Positions 50,945 through 60,233 of a stretch of 64,000 bases of DNA are shown one piece after another; the stretch's first letter is position 1, and each line of letters begins with the position of its first letter. Location of the stretch: assembly GCA_964437495.1 (NCBI GenBank), contig CAYTGV010000011.1:3964-67963 (forward strand), in the 5' to 3' direction. The position numbers were made by a program, and so were the translations under genes. This DNA comes from an uncultured Planctomycetia bacterium. Its GTDB lineage: Bacteria > Omnitrophota > Gorgyraeia > B26-G9. The notes under the pieces are model-generated. The model worked only from the letters and a program-made list of their open reading frames with translations, did no database searches and was not told where the DNA came from.

Positions 50945-51310
50945 TTATTCAATAGTTTTTTTAAGTTTTTTATCTAATTCTTCTATTTTTTTGTTCATTT
51001 TAATAAGCAAAAAGAACACTGCAGCCATGATGCCAAAGAAAAGCCCCATCAAAAACCAAAGAGCACTTCGCTTGCGCAATCCTTCCTTTTTAGCTAATGA
51101 TGACAACCAAATTCCTATTGCAAGATGGGCTAATATTGAGGATACAAAAAGAATAATCGAAAGGCTTTGAGTTTGCATGGTTATTGTTTGTACAATTTGT
51201 GGCCCATATAATATTTTAACAATAAGATTTCCTCCAGCAGAAGCTAATCCAAGAACAAAGCTCAAAACCAAGATTATAAATAAAGATTTTTCTAATTTTA
51301 TTTCATTCAT
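50945..51310 (-). CDS. Cassette ORF, small 3-TM membrane protein (121 aa)
   Basis: Hydrophobic segments are present, with an attC-like palindrome immediately downstream of the start side. Confidence 0.5.
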   Translation of the reverse strand: MNEIKLEKSLFIILVLSFVLGLASAGGNLIVKILYGPQIVQTITMQTQSLSIILFVSSILAHLAIGIWLSSLAKKEGLRKRSALWFLMGLFFGIMAAVFFLLIKMNKKIEELDKKLKKTIE

Positions 51311-51328
51311 TTTATTCTCCTTTTTTAG

Positions 51329-51397
51329 TTATAACTTTCAAGCTCACCTGCCGAAAACGCGCAACGTTTTTCGGTCAGGTGGAGCGTTTTGTTAGAT
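51329..51397 (-). repeat. attC-like site (near-perfect palindrome cacctgccgaaaacg-cgcaa-cgtttttcggtcaggtg)
   Basis: GTTATAAC and GTTAGAT ends flank a 15-bp stem. Confidence 0.6.
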
Positions 51398-51410
51398 GTT
51401 TTTATTTTAA

Positions 51411-51869
51411 CTATTCTTTGCTGTTTTTTAAATCTTTCTCAATGATATTTAGAATTCTTTTTTCGCTCCGGCCAAAATTTGGCATTTTAATAAAAAATCG
51501 TATTGTTCGATCTATACTTATTTCTGTTTGATTTTCACCTAGAGATTTTATTGTGAAAATACTTTCTTCCCCACCAATTTGATAATACCGTGCTTCAAAC
51601 TTCAATTTTTTGTTTGGAATATATTCTTCAGTTTCAATCCAATAAAGAGTTCCTTTGTCTAAAAAATCTGGACCCCATACTTCCGGATGTTCTTTAATAC
51701 AGGAGGTGACATCAATCTTAAATTTTTCGGCGAGGTAACCTGTAACCTCCGAAAAGGAATAATCGATAATTTTAATACTTGGTACTTTTGTAGGTTTCGC
51801 CAATGTAAAAATAAGGATAAAGGTAAAGATAGTTAAATATCCGAATAGTATTTTTTTAGATTTGCTCAT
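51411..51869 (-). CDS. Cassette ORF, secreted protein (152 aa)
   Basis: An N-terminal signal-anchor is present and CTCAAACGTTAGATG lies upstream. Confidence 0.55.
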   Translation of the reverse strand: MSKSKKILFGYLTIFTFILIFTLAKPTKVPSIKIIDYSFSEVTGYLAEKFKIDVTSCIKEHPEVWGPDFLDKGTLYWIETEEYIPNKKLKFEARYYQIGGEESIFTIKSLGENQTEISIDRTIRFFIKMPNFGRSEKRILNIIEKDLKNSKE

Positions 51870-52006
51870 ATTAGTTCTTTCTTATTTTATCATCTAACGT
51901 TTGAGCTCAGGCAACTTAGCTGATAGCCAATAGTATATGGCTAATAGTATTTTGCTCTATGTTTTTTACTAATGACCATTAGCTATAAGCTATAAGCCAT
52001 AAGCCA

Positions 52007-52285
52007 TTATGATTTTATTATCGTCCATATTCCTATAATAATAACCCCCAGGCCTGCTATCCAGGATAGCAGTTTAGGATTAACATATTTTAAAATAACA
52101 TTTCCTAGCAATACGGCTATTCCTGAAGCTACAACAAGAGCTAATGCTGCTGCCAAAAATACAATTATTTTATTATTTTCTTTATTGGTTGCAAAAAGAA
52201 GCGTAGCTAATTGAGTTTTATCACCCATTTCAGCAAATAAAACTGTTATAAATATTGTTAAGAATATTTTTAGGGTCATTTTCAT
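52007..52285 (-). CDS. Cassette ORF, half-size UPF0016 (GDT1/TMEM165/MneA-like) membrane protein
   Basis: A single E-x-G-D-K-[TS] motif (AEMGDKTQLAT) in a 92-aa, 3-TM protein. Confidence 0.6.
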   Translation of the reverse strand: MKMTLKIFLTIFITVLFAEMGDKTQLATLLFATNKENNKIIVFLAAALALVVASGIAVLLGNVILKYVNPKLLSWIAGLGVIIIGIWTIIKS

Positions 52286-52392
52286 CTTTCCTTATAACGT
52301 TGTTTAGCTAATAGCCAACAGTCGATGGCTAATAGTATTTTGCTCTATGTTTTTTTACTATTGACCATTTTAAAATGTCACCGTCCCCTTTT

Positions 52393-52869
52393 TTATATCT
52401 CTCCTTTAAGCTGTTTTTGTTCTACCAAAAATCGATTTAACAGATTAGCAAATCCATGCGCATCTTTTTGACTAAAAGGAGATGGGCCTTTAGTCGGCAT
52501 ACCGTTATCGCGCATCTCTTGCATTAGATTGCGCATTGATAAATAAGATTTAATATTATCCTCGCTGAATAAATTTCCCCGATGATCCATAGCATAAGCT
52601 TTTTTAGTAATAACACTATCCGCCAAAGGAATATCTGCAGTTATAACCACATCACCTTCTTTGACCATTTCCACAATTCGCTCATCAGCCTCATCAGGTC
52701 CTGCCTCAACTATAAGATAAGTTATAAACTCTGATTTACCAATATTGATCCGTTTGTTTGATACAACAACACTCGGGAGAGAAAATCGTTTAATCGCTCT
52801 AAATAAAATTTCCTTTATCCGATTAGGAAAAGCATCGCCATCAAGGTATAGAGTCATCTTCATTAACAT
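52393..52869 (-). CDS. Cassette ORF, YaiI/UPF0178 (DUF188) family protein
   Basis: LYLDGDAFPNRIKEIL...GDVVITADIPLA...MRNLMQEMRDNG parallels E. coli YaiI (IWVDADACPNVIKEIL...GDLVITADIPLA). Confidence 0.7.
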   Translation of the reverse strand: MLMKMTLYLDGDAFPNRIKEILFRAIKRFSLPSVVVSNKRINIGKSEFITYLIVEAGPDEADERIVEMVKEGDVVITADIPLADSVITKKAYAMDHRGNLFSEDNIKSYLSMRNLMQEMRDNGMPTKGPSPFSQKDAHGFANLLNRFLVEQKQLKGEI

Positions 52870-53054
52870 ATCTGTTTAACCCTTCCGACAGCGCCGTCAA
52901 TCAATCTAACTTTTATCCCATGCGAATGCACAGAAGAATTTGTCAATATATCCTGAACAATCCCCTCGGTTAACTTACCGCTTTTTTGATCTTGTTTTAA
53001 TACTATTTTAACCTTCAAGCCTTGCTTTATATTTACTCTTTCATTTCCACTCAA
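52863..53054 (-). CDS. Cassette ORF, YwbE (DUF2196) family small protein
   Basis: A 63-aa protein with VKIVLKQDQKSGKLTEGIVQDILTNS...HGIKVRL, matching the YwbE signature. It shares a cassette with the YaiI gene and overlaps it by 7 nt. Confidence 0.6.
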   Translation of the reverse strand: MSGNERVNIKQGLKVKIVLKQDQKSGKLTEGIVQDILTNSSVHSHGIKVRLIDGAVGRVKQIC

Positions 53055-53270
53055 AATAATAATAGTTTCCTTTCTAAAACATTAAAATAAACCATGACAT
53101 CTCAGGCAATTTAGCTGATGGCTAATGGTCGATAGTCAATTGCTAACAGATATTGCAATTTTGTTTTTTGTTTATTGTTTTTCACTATTAGCCATTAGCT
53201 ATGCCTGTCCGCTGTGCTTTGTGGCGGAAGCTATTGACCATTGTAAAATGTCACTCTCCCCTTTTATCTC

Positions 53271-54749
53271 TTAGAATTTTCTGTAGAAAAATATGCATAT
53301 CTTCTTTAGCAGGGCATTATTCATCTTATTCATTATCCAAGTTTCCGCGATACGCTTAGATAAAAACCCCATAGTCGGAAATGAATGTGCCAGAAAAAGA
53401 ATATTAAGCAAGTTGATCTTTTTTTGAATTATAAGTGCCCATTCATTTATCATTTCACCTGAGCCCTCACCGATAATACTCACCCCATATACTTTTCCCA
53501 AAGGGCTGGCAAAAACCTTTATAAAACCAACCGCGATATTCTCCGCGATCGCAGCACCGTAATCCTCGTATTTAACAATAAGCGTTTCATACTTTATTCC
53601 TTTAGCTTTAAGTTCTTTTTCCATCATACCCACATAAGAAACCTGCGGTTCAGTAAAAGCTGTCCAGGGTATCACATAATTTCTGTATTGAAACAGCGAA
53701 AAAGGGCTAACAGCATTCATTATCGAAAACATTCCCTGATGCATTGCCACATGTGAAAGCATTATACCGCCATTACAATCTCCCACTGCATAAATATTCT
53801 TATTGCTTGTCCTGTATTTTGCATCAACCTTGATACCGTTCTTATCATATCCAACCCCGGCATTTTCAAGTTTTAAAGCATGAAGATCAATATTTCTCCC
53901 CGAACAGAGCAATAATTTTTCAGATTTTATACAAAGCCCGTCATCAGTGCGCAAAACAATCTGCCCCTCCTGATTGTTTACGCTGATAATCTTTTTTAAG
54001 TTGTAAACATCAATTCCTTCCTTTTTAAAGACTTCTTCAAGTACATTCCCAGCTTGTTTATCGCCAAAAGGTATAAGATGTTCATCCATTTGCACAATAC
54101 TACACTTAGTCCCAAGCCGAGTAAACGCCTGAGCCATCTCACAGCCCATAACACTGCCGCCGATTATAGTCATACTTTTAGGAGCTTCCTTTAAATCAAA
54201 AATATTTAGATTGGTTAGAAAATCTATATCAGAAATACCTTTTATTGGCGGAATTTGAGGCTCTGTGCCAACAGCAATAAAGATTCTCTGAGCAGTTAAA
54301 GTATCATCTCCCACTTTAACAGTATGCGCGTCTATAAAACTGGCATCTCCTTTTTCTAATATAAGCTTAACCTTATCAAACATTTTTATTGTCTTTTTAT
54401 TACATATGAAATCAAGATATTCAGCTATTTCTTTAGAAGGAAATTTTACTCGCAAATCCGGCTCTTTAATCACTCCTATTTGGCTGAGTTTTGAAAGCGA
54501 ATGCCTTAGCTTAGCGATTCTGAGCAGTGCTTTGCTAGGTATGCATCCTACATTCATACACTCTCCGCCAATTTTATTTTTTTCAATAGCGCATACTTTT
54601 AATCCCATTTCCGCGCCCATAATAGAAACAGCCATCCCGGCAGGTCCTAACCCAATACAGATTAGATCAAAATCATATTTCATGTATTCTCCTTGATCTT
54701 CCTTTTTCCAAACAACACTCTTGCATTCATTAAACCCGCAATTACTCAA
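53271..54749 (-). CDS. Cassette ORF, pyridine nucleotide-disulfide oxidoreductase (dihydrolipoamide dehydrogenase/mercuric reductase family)
   Basis: A redox-active disulfide GGECMNVGCIPSK, FAD- and NAD-binding GxGxxG motifs, and an extended hydrophobic C-terminal tail. Confidence 0.75.
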   Translation of the reverse strand: MSNCGFNECKSVVWKKEDQGEYMKYDFDLICIGLGPAGMAVSIMGAEMGLKVCAIEKNKIGGECMNVGCIPSKALLRIAKLRHSLSKLSQIGVIKEPDLRVKFPSKEIAEYLDFICNKKTIKMFDKVKLILEKGDASFIDAHTVKVGDDTLTAQRIFIAVGTEPQIPPIKGISDIDFLTNLNIFDLKEAPKSMTIIGGSVMGCEMAQAFTRLGTKCSIVQMDEHLIPFGDKQAGNVLEEVFKKEGIDVYNLKKIISVNNQEGQIVLRTDDGLCIKSEKLLLCSGRNIDLHALKLENAGVGYDKNGIKVDAKYRTSNKNIYAVGDCNGGIMLSHVAMHQGMFSIMNAVSPFSLFQYRNYVIPWTAFTEPQVSYVGMMEKELKAKGIKYETLIVKYEDYGAAIAENIAVGFIKVFASPLGKVYGVSIIGEGSGEMINEWALIIQKKINLLNILFLAHSFPTMGFLSKRIAETWIMNKMNNALLKKICIFFYRKF

Positions 54750-55019
54750 ACCAATATATACATGTCTCTTGCAGATCTTTTGTCAATGCAATACTATTTT
54801 TGTCTCAGTCAGGTGTAAATTCTGCTTTTTCAGTAATGTTTGACTTTTTTTATCCCCTTTTTCACTATATGACGTTTGAGCTGCCAGTTTAGCTAACTGC
54901 CAATAGTCGATGGCTAATAGTGGTTTGCTCTATATTTTTTTACTATTTACCATTAGCTATAAACCATGAGCCATTATATTTACCTAAAGTAATTTGTTAG
55001 ATGTTTATATATTTTAAAA

Positions 55020-55364
55020 TTAATCTTCTACAAAAATTGTTTTCTTTATCGGATTAGGTGCTTTTACTACCAAAAACTTCAATGGATTTTGACTTTCATT
55101 GTACCAACAATGCACAATATCTTTCGGACTATCTATTAAAGTATTTTTTGAAACTTTTTGTTTTTCTTCTCCGATCTCAACAATTCCTTCTCCTTCCAGT
55201 ACATAAAAGACAACATCAACAGGTGTTATGTGACGCTTTAATGATTGACCTGGAATTAGCGTGATTACTGTAATCATGACTGCTTCTTTATTGTATAGAT
55301 TTCTAACGTCCACGTTGTGCGCATTATTCATTATTTGAGTTTCATCTAATTTTTTTATTATCAT
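55020..55364 (-). CDS. Cassette ORF, cupin-domain protein
   Basis: A 114-aa protein with a cupin-like G(x)5HxH-type segment (LIPGQSLKRHITPVDV...). Confidence 0.45.
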   Translation of the reverse strand: MIIKKLDETQIMNNAHNVDVRNLYNKEAVMITVITLIPGQSLKRHITPVDVVFYVLEGEGIVEIGEEKQKVSKNTLIDSPKDIVHCWYNESQNPLKFLVVKAPNPIKKTIFVED

Positions 55365-55422
55365 TTTATCTCCATTGTTATTATTAATAATTTTAATTCT
55401 TTTATTACCGATTAAAAAGCAC

Positions 55423-55680
55423 TCAACCCACCATCTTCATAATCCCCACATAAGCACCAAAACCAATACCCCAGGAAATTGCTACCCAAAAGATTAGTTT
55501 TGTTTCGGCTAGAATATCTTTCCAATATTCCCCTCTACACATTGAAAAAATATTTGGGATGAGCCAAAATTTTATACAACGCAAAAATTCTTCTTTGTCT
55601 CCGAAAAAGGGTTTCCATAGAAGATAGGCTAGGCCGACTCCTACTATAGTTCCCACACTCTTACTAATAATAGCTATCAT
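55423..55680 (-). CDS. Cassette ORF, small membrane protein (85 aa)
   Basis: Two hydrophobic helices, in the same cassette as the cupin gene. Confidence 0.4.
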   Translation of the reverse strand: MIAIISKSVGTIVGVGLAYLLWKPFFGDKEEFLRCIKFWLIPNIFSMCRGEYWKDILAETKLIFWVAISWGIGFGAYVGIMKMVG

Positions 55681-56000
55681 ATACTCTCCGTTTCATGGAT
55701 TCCTATAACATTTGAGCTCAGGCAACTTAGCTGATAGCCAATAGTCGATGGCTGATAGTTATGTTGCTCTATGTTTTTTACTATTCACCATTAGCTATGC
55801 CTATCCGCTGTGATTTGTAGCGGAAGCCATTAGCTATACGCTATTGACCATTTTAAAATGTCGCTGTCCCCTTTAATACACGTTTGATTTTATATATAAC
55901 GTTTAAGCTCAGGCAAAAATCAGCGCATAGAAAATTCAGACATAGTAATCGCTGTCTCTTTTCCCCTCACTAAATCAAGAACAGTTCAGTCTAATCTCTT

Positions 56001-56414
56001 TTATTGTTTTTTCTCTCTTAAATATAAAACTAACACACAAACTCCATGGATTACAAAAGCCGGTGCAAATAAAAGGCCTATAAAGTATCCATTAGTGCTT
56101 ATTCCGGAAGCAAATGCCCAGATGTATATTGCTGATACACCTAAACTAGCAATCGCATCTACCAATTTATAATTATCTTTCTTATAGTATAAAGGCAAAG
56201 CGCCTAATGCTGCATAAATAGCTCCGTTAAAAATCAGAGTTATCGTTTCCTTCTGGGATATGCCAAGTTTAAAAATATTTTGTATCCCAAATAATAAGCC
56301 CAAAAAACCTAAAAGAAGTAAAGGAAAATGGTAGTACATAGCAATATTGGGATTGAATTTCTCAAGAACATGTCCGAGAGTTCTATTTTCATTTGTAGTT
56401 TTGTTTTCTTCCAT
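56001..56414 (-). CDS. Cassette ORF, 4-TM membrane protein (137 aa)
   Basis: Hydrophobic profile only. Confidence 0.5.
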   Translation of the reverse strand: MEENKTTNENRTLGHVLEKFNPNIAMYYHFPLLLLGFLGLLFGIQNIFKLGISQKETITLIFNGAIYAALGALPLYYKKDNYKLVDAIASLGVSAIYIWAFASGISTNGYFIGLLFAPAFVIHGVCVLVLYLREKKQ

Positions 56415-56607
56415 GTCTTACTCTCCATTTTCTTTATATAACGTTTGAGCTCAGGCAAATTAGCTGATAGCCAATAGTCGATGGCTAATAGTTATTTTAT
56501 TTTTAAACTGCTTCTTCACTCATAACTAATAATTCATGTGTGCCCTTTAGGGTATAACTCATAACTATGTTTACCTATCCCCTGCTTTTCTCTCACCCTT
56601 TTAAAAC

Positions 56608-56637
56608 ATAATATGCCATTTCCATGAATTTTGTCAA
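56608..56637 (-). promoter_or_regulatory. Near-consensus sigma-70 promoter (TTGACA-N18-TATTAT) reading into the downstream cassettes
   Basis: The minus strand reads TTGACAaaattcatggaaatggcaTATTAT. An almost identical copy lies at 60182..60211. Confidence 0.55.
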
Positions 56638-56728
56638 TTTTATATTATTTTTGTCTTTTTATCCCCTTTTGGAATTTTTAGCTATATTTCATTGTTTTAG
56701 GGGAATGGATGGAGTAGAGGCGAAGGAA

Positions 56729-58561
56729 TTAAATGCTTTGGTCAATTTTTGTTTTGTTTTGAACCTGAAAAATTTTTATCCCAGCGGCAAGAAATGAAAT
56801 TGAGGCGAGATTTGCTAGGTTTTTGCTGTTTAGCTCTTCTTGCACCCATTCTGTTTGATTAACAGAGGATCCTAAAAAAGTATGTAAAAGTCTAGCGGAA
56901 ATAGAACGTTCTTTGGCTTGGGTTGTAAAATTAGGAGATTTAGCAAGAGAAATGACTTTTATTTTTTCTTGGATAGATAAGTCATTATAGAAATTATTTA
57001 TAACCTGTAGTAATTGTTCAAATCTCTGATTGCTGGTTGTGTATGCAGGCAATTCGGCTTTTCTTGATAGAAACGGCTCTTTAGTTCCTAAGAAATCTTG
57101 ATCTACATCTAAAATTATATCTTGATCTTCATCTGCAAGTTTTTTAAGTTTTATTGCATCCTTGGGAGATACTAAATGAACCTCTACTTTTCTTACATTA
57201 GTGAATTTTGCATTTTCGCCTTCCCATTCTTCTTTGATATACCCTTTTTCATAACTTCCAAAAACGTTGTTTCCATCTAAAGATACAGAAACAAAAGTAT
57301 CTTTGCCTCTAAACATTGCTTTTCCAATAAGAATTTCATATTTTTTGTTATATTCTGGAACGTAGTCTACGTTGCTGGATTCATTTGCTTCTTCAGGGAC
57401 AACCCAAATTATTTTATCGATTATCCCAGCATAAACAGCTGGAATAATGAAACCATCGATGTCAGATTTTTGGGTAATGCGTCCTAACATTTCATTATTA
57501 AAATTTCCGTTCAAAAAAGCATCTAAAAAATCATTATTTAATCTGTAAGAAGCTAAATCTCGATGGGCATCAAAGTGAAATAAGGTTCTTTTTTTTGTTT
57601 TAGGACCTAACTCCTTCATCCAAGCATATAATGCCCAATAATGAGCATAGCCTATATAAACCGGAATATCGGTAGAAGTAATTGCTCTGGGTTTAGAGAT
57701 ATTGTTAAAAAGATCTAGCTCATAAAAAAAATCAGCATTCTCAAACTGATCTTGGATTACTGAATATGTGTTTTGATCAAAAATCAATGGGTATGTGCCT
57801 GCATCAAACCAAGTTACATATTTTTCTTTATTATCTTTATTGGCATATAATTCAAAAATTTTGTTTGCACGGCTTAATCTAGAAAACATGATGTCTAAAT
57901 ATGATATTAAATCTGTTTCACCTTTAATTGTTAAAGATTCTTTTAATTTCATAAAATGCATTTGCTGTTCATTATAAATTTTTGATGCCATTAACCAATC
58001 ACTACTATTCAAAGAATTGAGGAATAATTTCCAAATGGGATCATTTGTATCAAGGGTGATATCCGCATTTTTTAATAAAGAGTTTAAATGATTACCTACT
58101 GTCATTTTAGAATATCGAAGCTTATCTATAAATTTTTTTTCTTCTTGTTTTTTGAGAATTAATTCAGGATTAGCTTTTTTTACATATAATCCTGCATTGG
58201 CAATGCCTGGAGGAACTAAGGCATAAGTTATGGCGGCTCCAGTTAATATTCCCAAACCTTTGATAAATTTTCTTCTTCCAATAGAGATGTCTGAGTTTGC
58301 ATTTTTTGAATCATCAGAAATAATAAATCTTTTGATAAATGATTTTATATATTCAGCAAATTTTTTATTTTGGGGAGTTTTAGCTATCTCTATTGTATCT
58401 TTAAAGTATTCTTTTAAGTTTATATTGTTTAATTGTAAATGCGGGGCAAGGTGATTATTAAGTTCTATACAATAAGCCAAATCACCCAGAAGAAACATAT
58501 TAATTAAGAATAAAATGCAAAGTTGTTTCATTAGTTTATTTATTCTAATCTTAAGTTTCAT
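56729..58561 (-). CDS. Cassette ORF, large hypothetical protein (610 aa) with an internal twin-arginine-like segment (RRKFIKGLGILTGAA)
   Basis: Long ORF. The true start may be internal. No catalytic motif recognised. Confidence 0.55.
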   Translation of the reverse strand: MKLKIRINKLMKQLCILFLINMFLLGDLAYCIELNNHLAPHLQLNNINLKEYFKDTIEIAKTPQNKKFAEYIKSFIKRFIISDDSKNANSDISIGRRKFIKGLGILTGAAITYALVPPGIANAGLYVKKANPELILKKQEEKKFIDKLRYSKMTVGNHLNSLLKNADITLDTNDPIWKLFLNSLNSSDWLMASKIYNEQQMHFMKLKESLTIKGETDLISYLDIMFSRLSRANKIFELYANKDNKEKYVTWFDAGTYPLIFDQNTYSVIQDQFENADFFYELDLFNNISKPRAITSTDIPVYIGYAHYWALYAWMKELGPKTKKRTLFHFDAHRDLASYRLNNDFLDAFLNGNFNNEMLGRITQKSDIDGFIIPAVYAGIIDKIIWVVPEEANESSNVDYVPEYNKKYEILIGKAMFRGKDTFVSVSLDGNNVFGSYEKGYIKEEWEGENAKFTNVRKVEVHLVSPKDAIKLKKLADEDQDIILDVDQDFLGTKEPFLSRKAELPAYTTSNQRFEQLLQVINNFYNDLSIQEKIKVISLAKSPNFTTQAKERSISARLLHTFLGSSVNQTEWVQEELNSKNLANLASISFLAAGIKIFQVQNKTKIDQSI

Positions 58562-58992
58562 AAGTAATCAGTTTTCCTATTAACTAAATTATAAGTATCA
58601 ATTAAATTATACCTTATAACGTAGATATTATACAAATTAGTTAGCGTAATTTATTGATTTAATTGTTAGCTAAAACTATAGCTGGAAAGGCAATAAAAAT
58701 TAAGATTAGTAAATATTTATTTATGATTTATTTTCTTAAAATAACAATTAATATACATAGTATGTGTTAAATACAGCGTATAGCGTCTAATTTATCCCGC
58801 CGTTCTTTGGCGGGAGCGCTTAGCAAATCCAAAACTATCCCCTCATCCCTAACCGCTGCTTTTAACTCGTAATTCATAATTCACGTGTGCCCTTTAGGGT
58901 ATTTGGGCCATTAGCTATGCCTGTCCGCTGTGCTTTGTAGCGAAAGCCATTATGTTTGCCTGTAGCGAATTGTTAAAAATGTTTTAAAATAG

Positions 58993-60039
58993 TTAATTTT
59001 TATTTTCTATCAAATTTTTTAATTCTTTAGCAAGTAAAGACTGTCCCAATTTATTTAAATGACAATAATCAAGAAAAAATTTCTGTGTGTTCGCAGGGTT
59101 GTTATTAACTTGTTTTAGGAAATAATCATCCAGATTTAAAATATTTAAGTTATCTAACCCTATTAAGTTTTGTTTAATCATCGATTGAAGTTGCGGAGTA
59201 ATGAGAAATCTTCTTTTTATCCAATTTTTTTCGATTATATCTCTAGTGATATTAATATCTTTCGGCATTTCTATATTCAATTGGTCGTATTTTTTCATAT
59301 GGTTCCAATTGTGTGTATAGTTTATTGGGGGAATAACATAAATAAAATTTGTTTGAGGGTTATCATTTATTATACTTCTTAGTTCTCTTAGTCTCATTTT
59401 ATAAAATGAATTTTGCAATGAAATATAGAATTTGTTTAAATAAGGCCAAGAATCTTTCCCTCCACCTTTTATTATCGCAAAGGGAAATCGATGAGGATGC
59501 TTTGATTGGCATATTTTGTCGTATAAAGTATTTATTGTATTATGAGTTGTGTGTGAAAAAAAACTGATTTGAGAAAAGATTTTGGGTAAAAAGTATCGAA
59601 TGAGAAAAACTGCACAATTAGAATGTTCACTACGGTTTAGTAGTTCTAAATATTCATTATTACCAGAAAAAATAACGCAATTTTCAATATCATTTGTTCT
59701 TAAGGAGTTATATAAATAGTAATTTATTTCTGAGAGAGGAATCCCAATGTTTGAATCATTAATGATGGTACTTTTGGGGAAATAACTTGCTAGCAATTCA
59801 GAATATCTATCGTTAATATTTTCTAACCCCGCTCCTTTTGAAGCTGAGCCTCCAAGACAAAGAATATCAATCTTCTTACCAAAATCATGCACCTCAGGCA
59901 ATTTAAAAGATACTTCTCTTAGTACATAAAATCTTTTCCCCCGCCCTATAGTAATCCGAGTTATTAACTCAACAGCGCTTAGAATAATAATGAGGGTAAA
60001 AAATACAACATATAGTTTGTGGAGAATATTTTTTTTCAA
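58993..60039 (-). CDS. Cassette ORF, membrane-anchored hypothetical protein (348 aa), possibly SGNH/GDSL-like
   Basis: An N-terminal TM helix. ILCLGGSASKG weakly resembles GDS(L) block I. Confidence 0.45.
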   Translation of the reverse strand: MKKNILHKLYVVFFTLIIILSAVELITRITIGRGKRFYVLREVSFKLPEVHDFGKKIDILCLGGSASKGAGLENINDRYSELLASYFPKSTIINDSNIGIPLSEINYYLYNSLRTNDIENCVIFSGNNEYLELLNRSEHSNCAVFLIRYFLPKIFSQISFFSHTTHNTINTLYDKICQSKHPHRFPFAIIKGGGKDSWPYLNKFYISLQNSFYKMRLRELRSIINDNPQTNFIYVIPPINYTHNWNHMKKYDQLNIEMPKDINITRDIIEKNWIKRRFLITPQLQSMIKQNLIGLDNLNILNLDDYFLKQVNNNPANTQKFFLDYCHLNKLGQSLLAKELKNLIENKN

Positions 60040-60181
60040 GATTTTAATTTCTTATTTTTAACAATTAATATACATAGTATGTGTTTGCTTGAAGGTATTC
60101 TTAATCTTGCCCTGAATATGGTTAAAATTGCCTACTTTAACTTTAATATTTATCTATTTTATCAATAATATCATATTATCC

Positions 60182-60211
60182 ATAATATGTCATTTCTATG
60201 AATTTTGTCAA
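60182..60211 (-). promoter_or_regulatory. Near-consensus sigma-70 promoter (TTGACA-N18-TATTAT) at the proximal end of the cassette array, Pc-like
   Basis: The minus strand reads TTGACAaaattcatagaaatgacaTATTAT, reading towards the first cassette (58993..60039). Confidence 0.55.
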
Positions 60212-60233
60212 TTTTATATTATTTTTGTCTTTT

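Larger units (their letters stand above)
43957..60130 (-). mobile_element. Integron-like gene-cassette array with no integrase in the window (CALIN-like). It has about 17 minus-strand cassettes separated by attC-like sites
   Basis: Every ORF in the interval is on the minus strand. Each is followed by a 70-250 bp imperfect inverted repeat whose ends fit RYYYAAC ... GTTRRRY (for example ATCTAAC ... GTTAGAT), and the R'-like end is followed within about 10-20 nt by an RBS and ATG. At least four attC sequence families are present. Confidence 0.65.

Noticed and set aside
43957-60130. CRISPR array as the explanation for the regularly spaced repeats
   Set aside because: The repeats are 70-250 bp imperfect palindromes of several families, and the spacers are 0.2-1.8 kb protein-coding genes. 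This is not the 28-37 bp direct repeats with 30-40 bp spacers of a CRISPR array.
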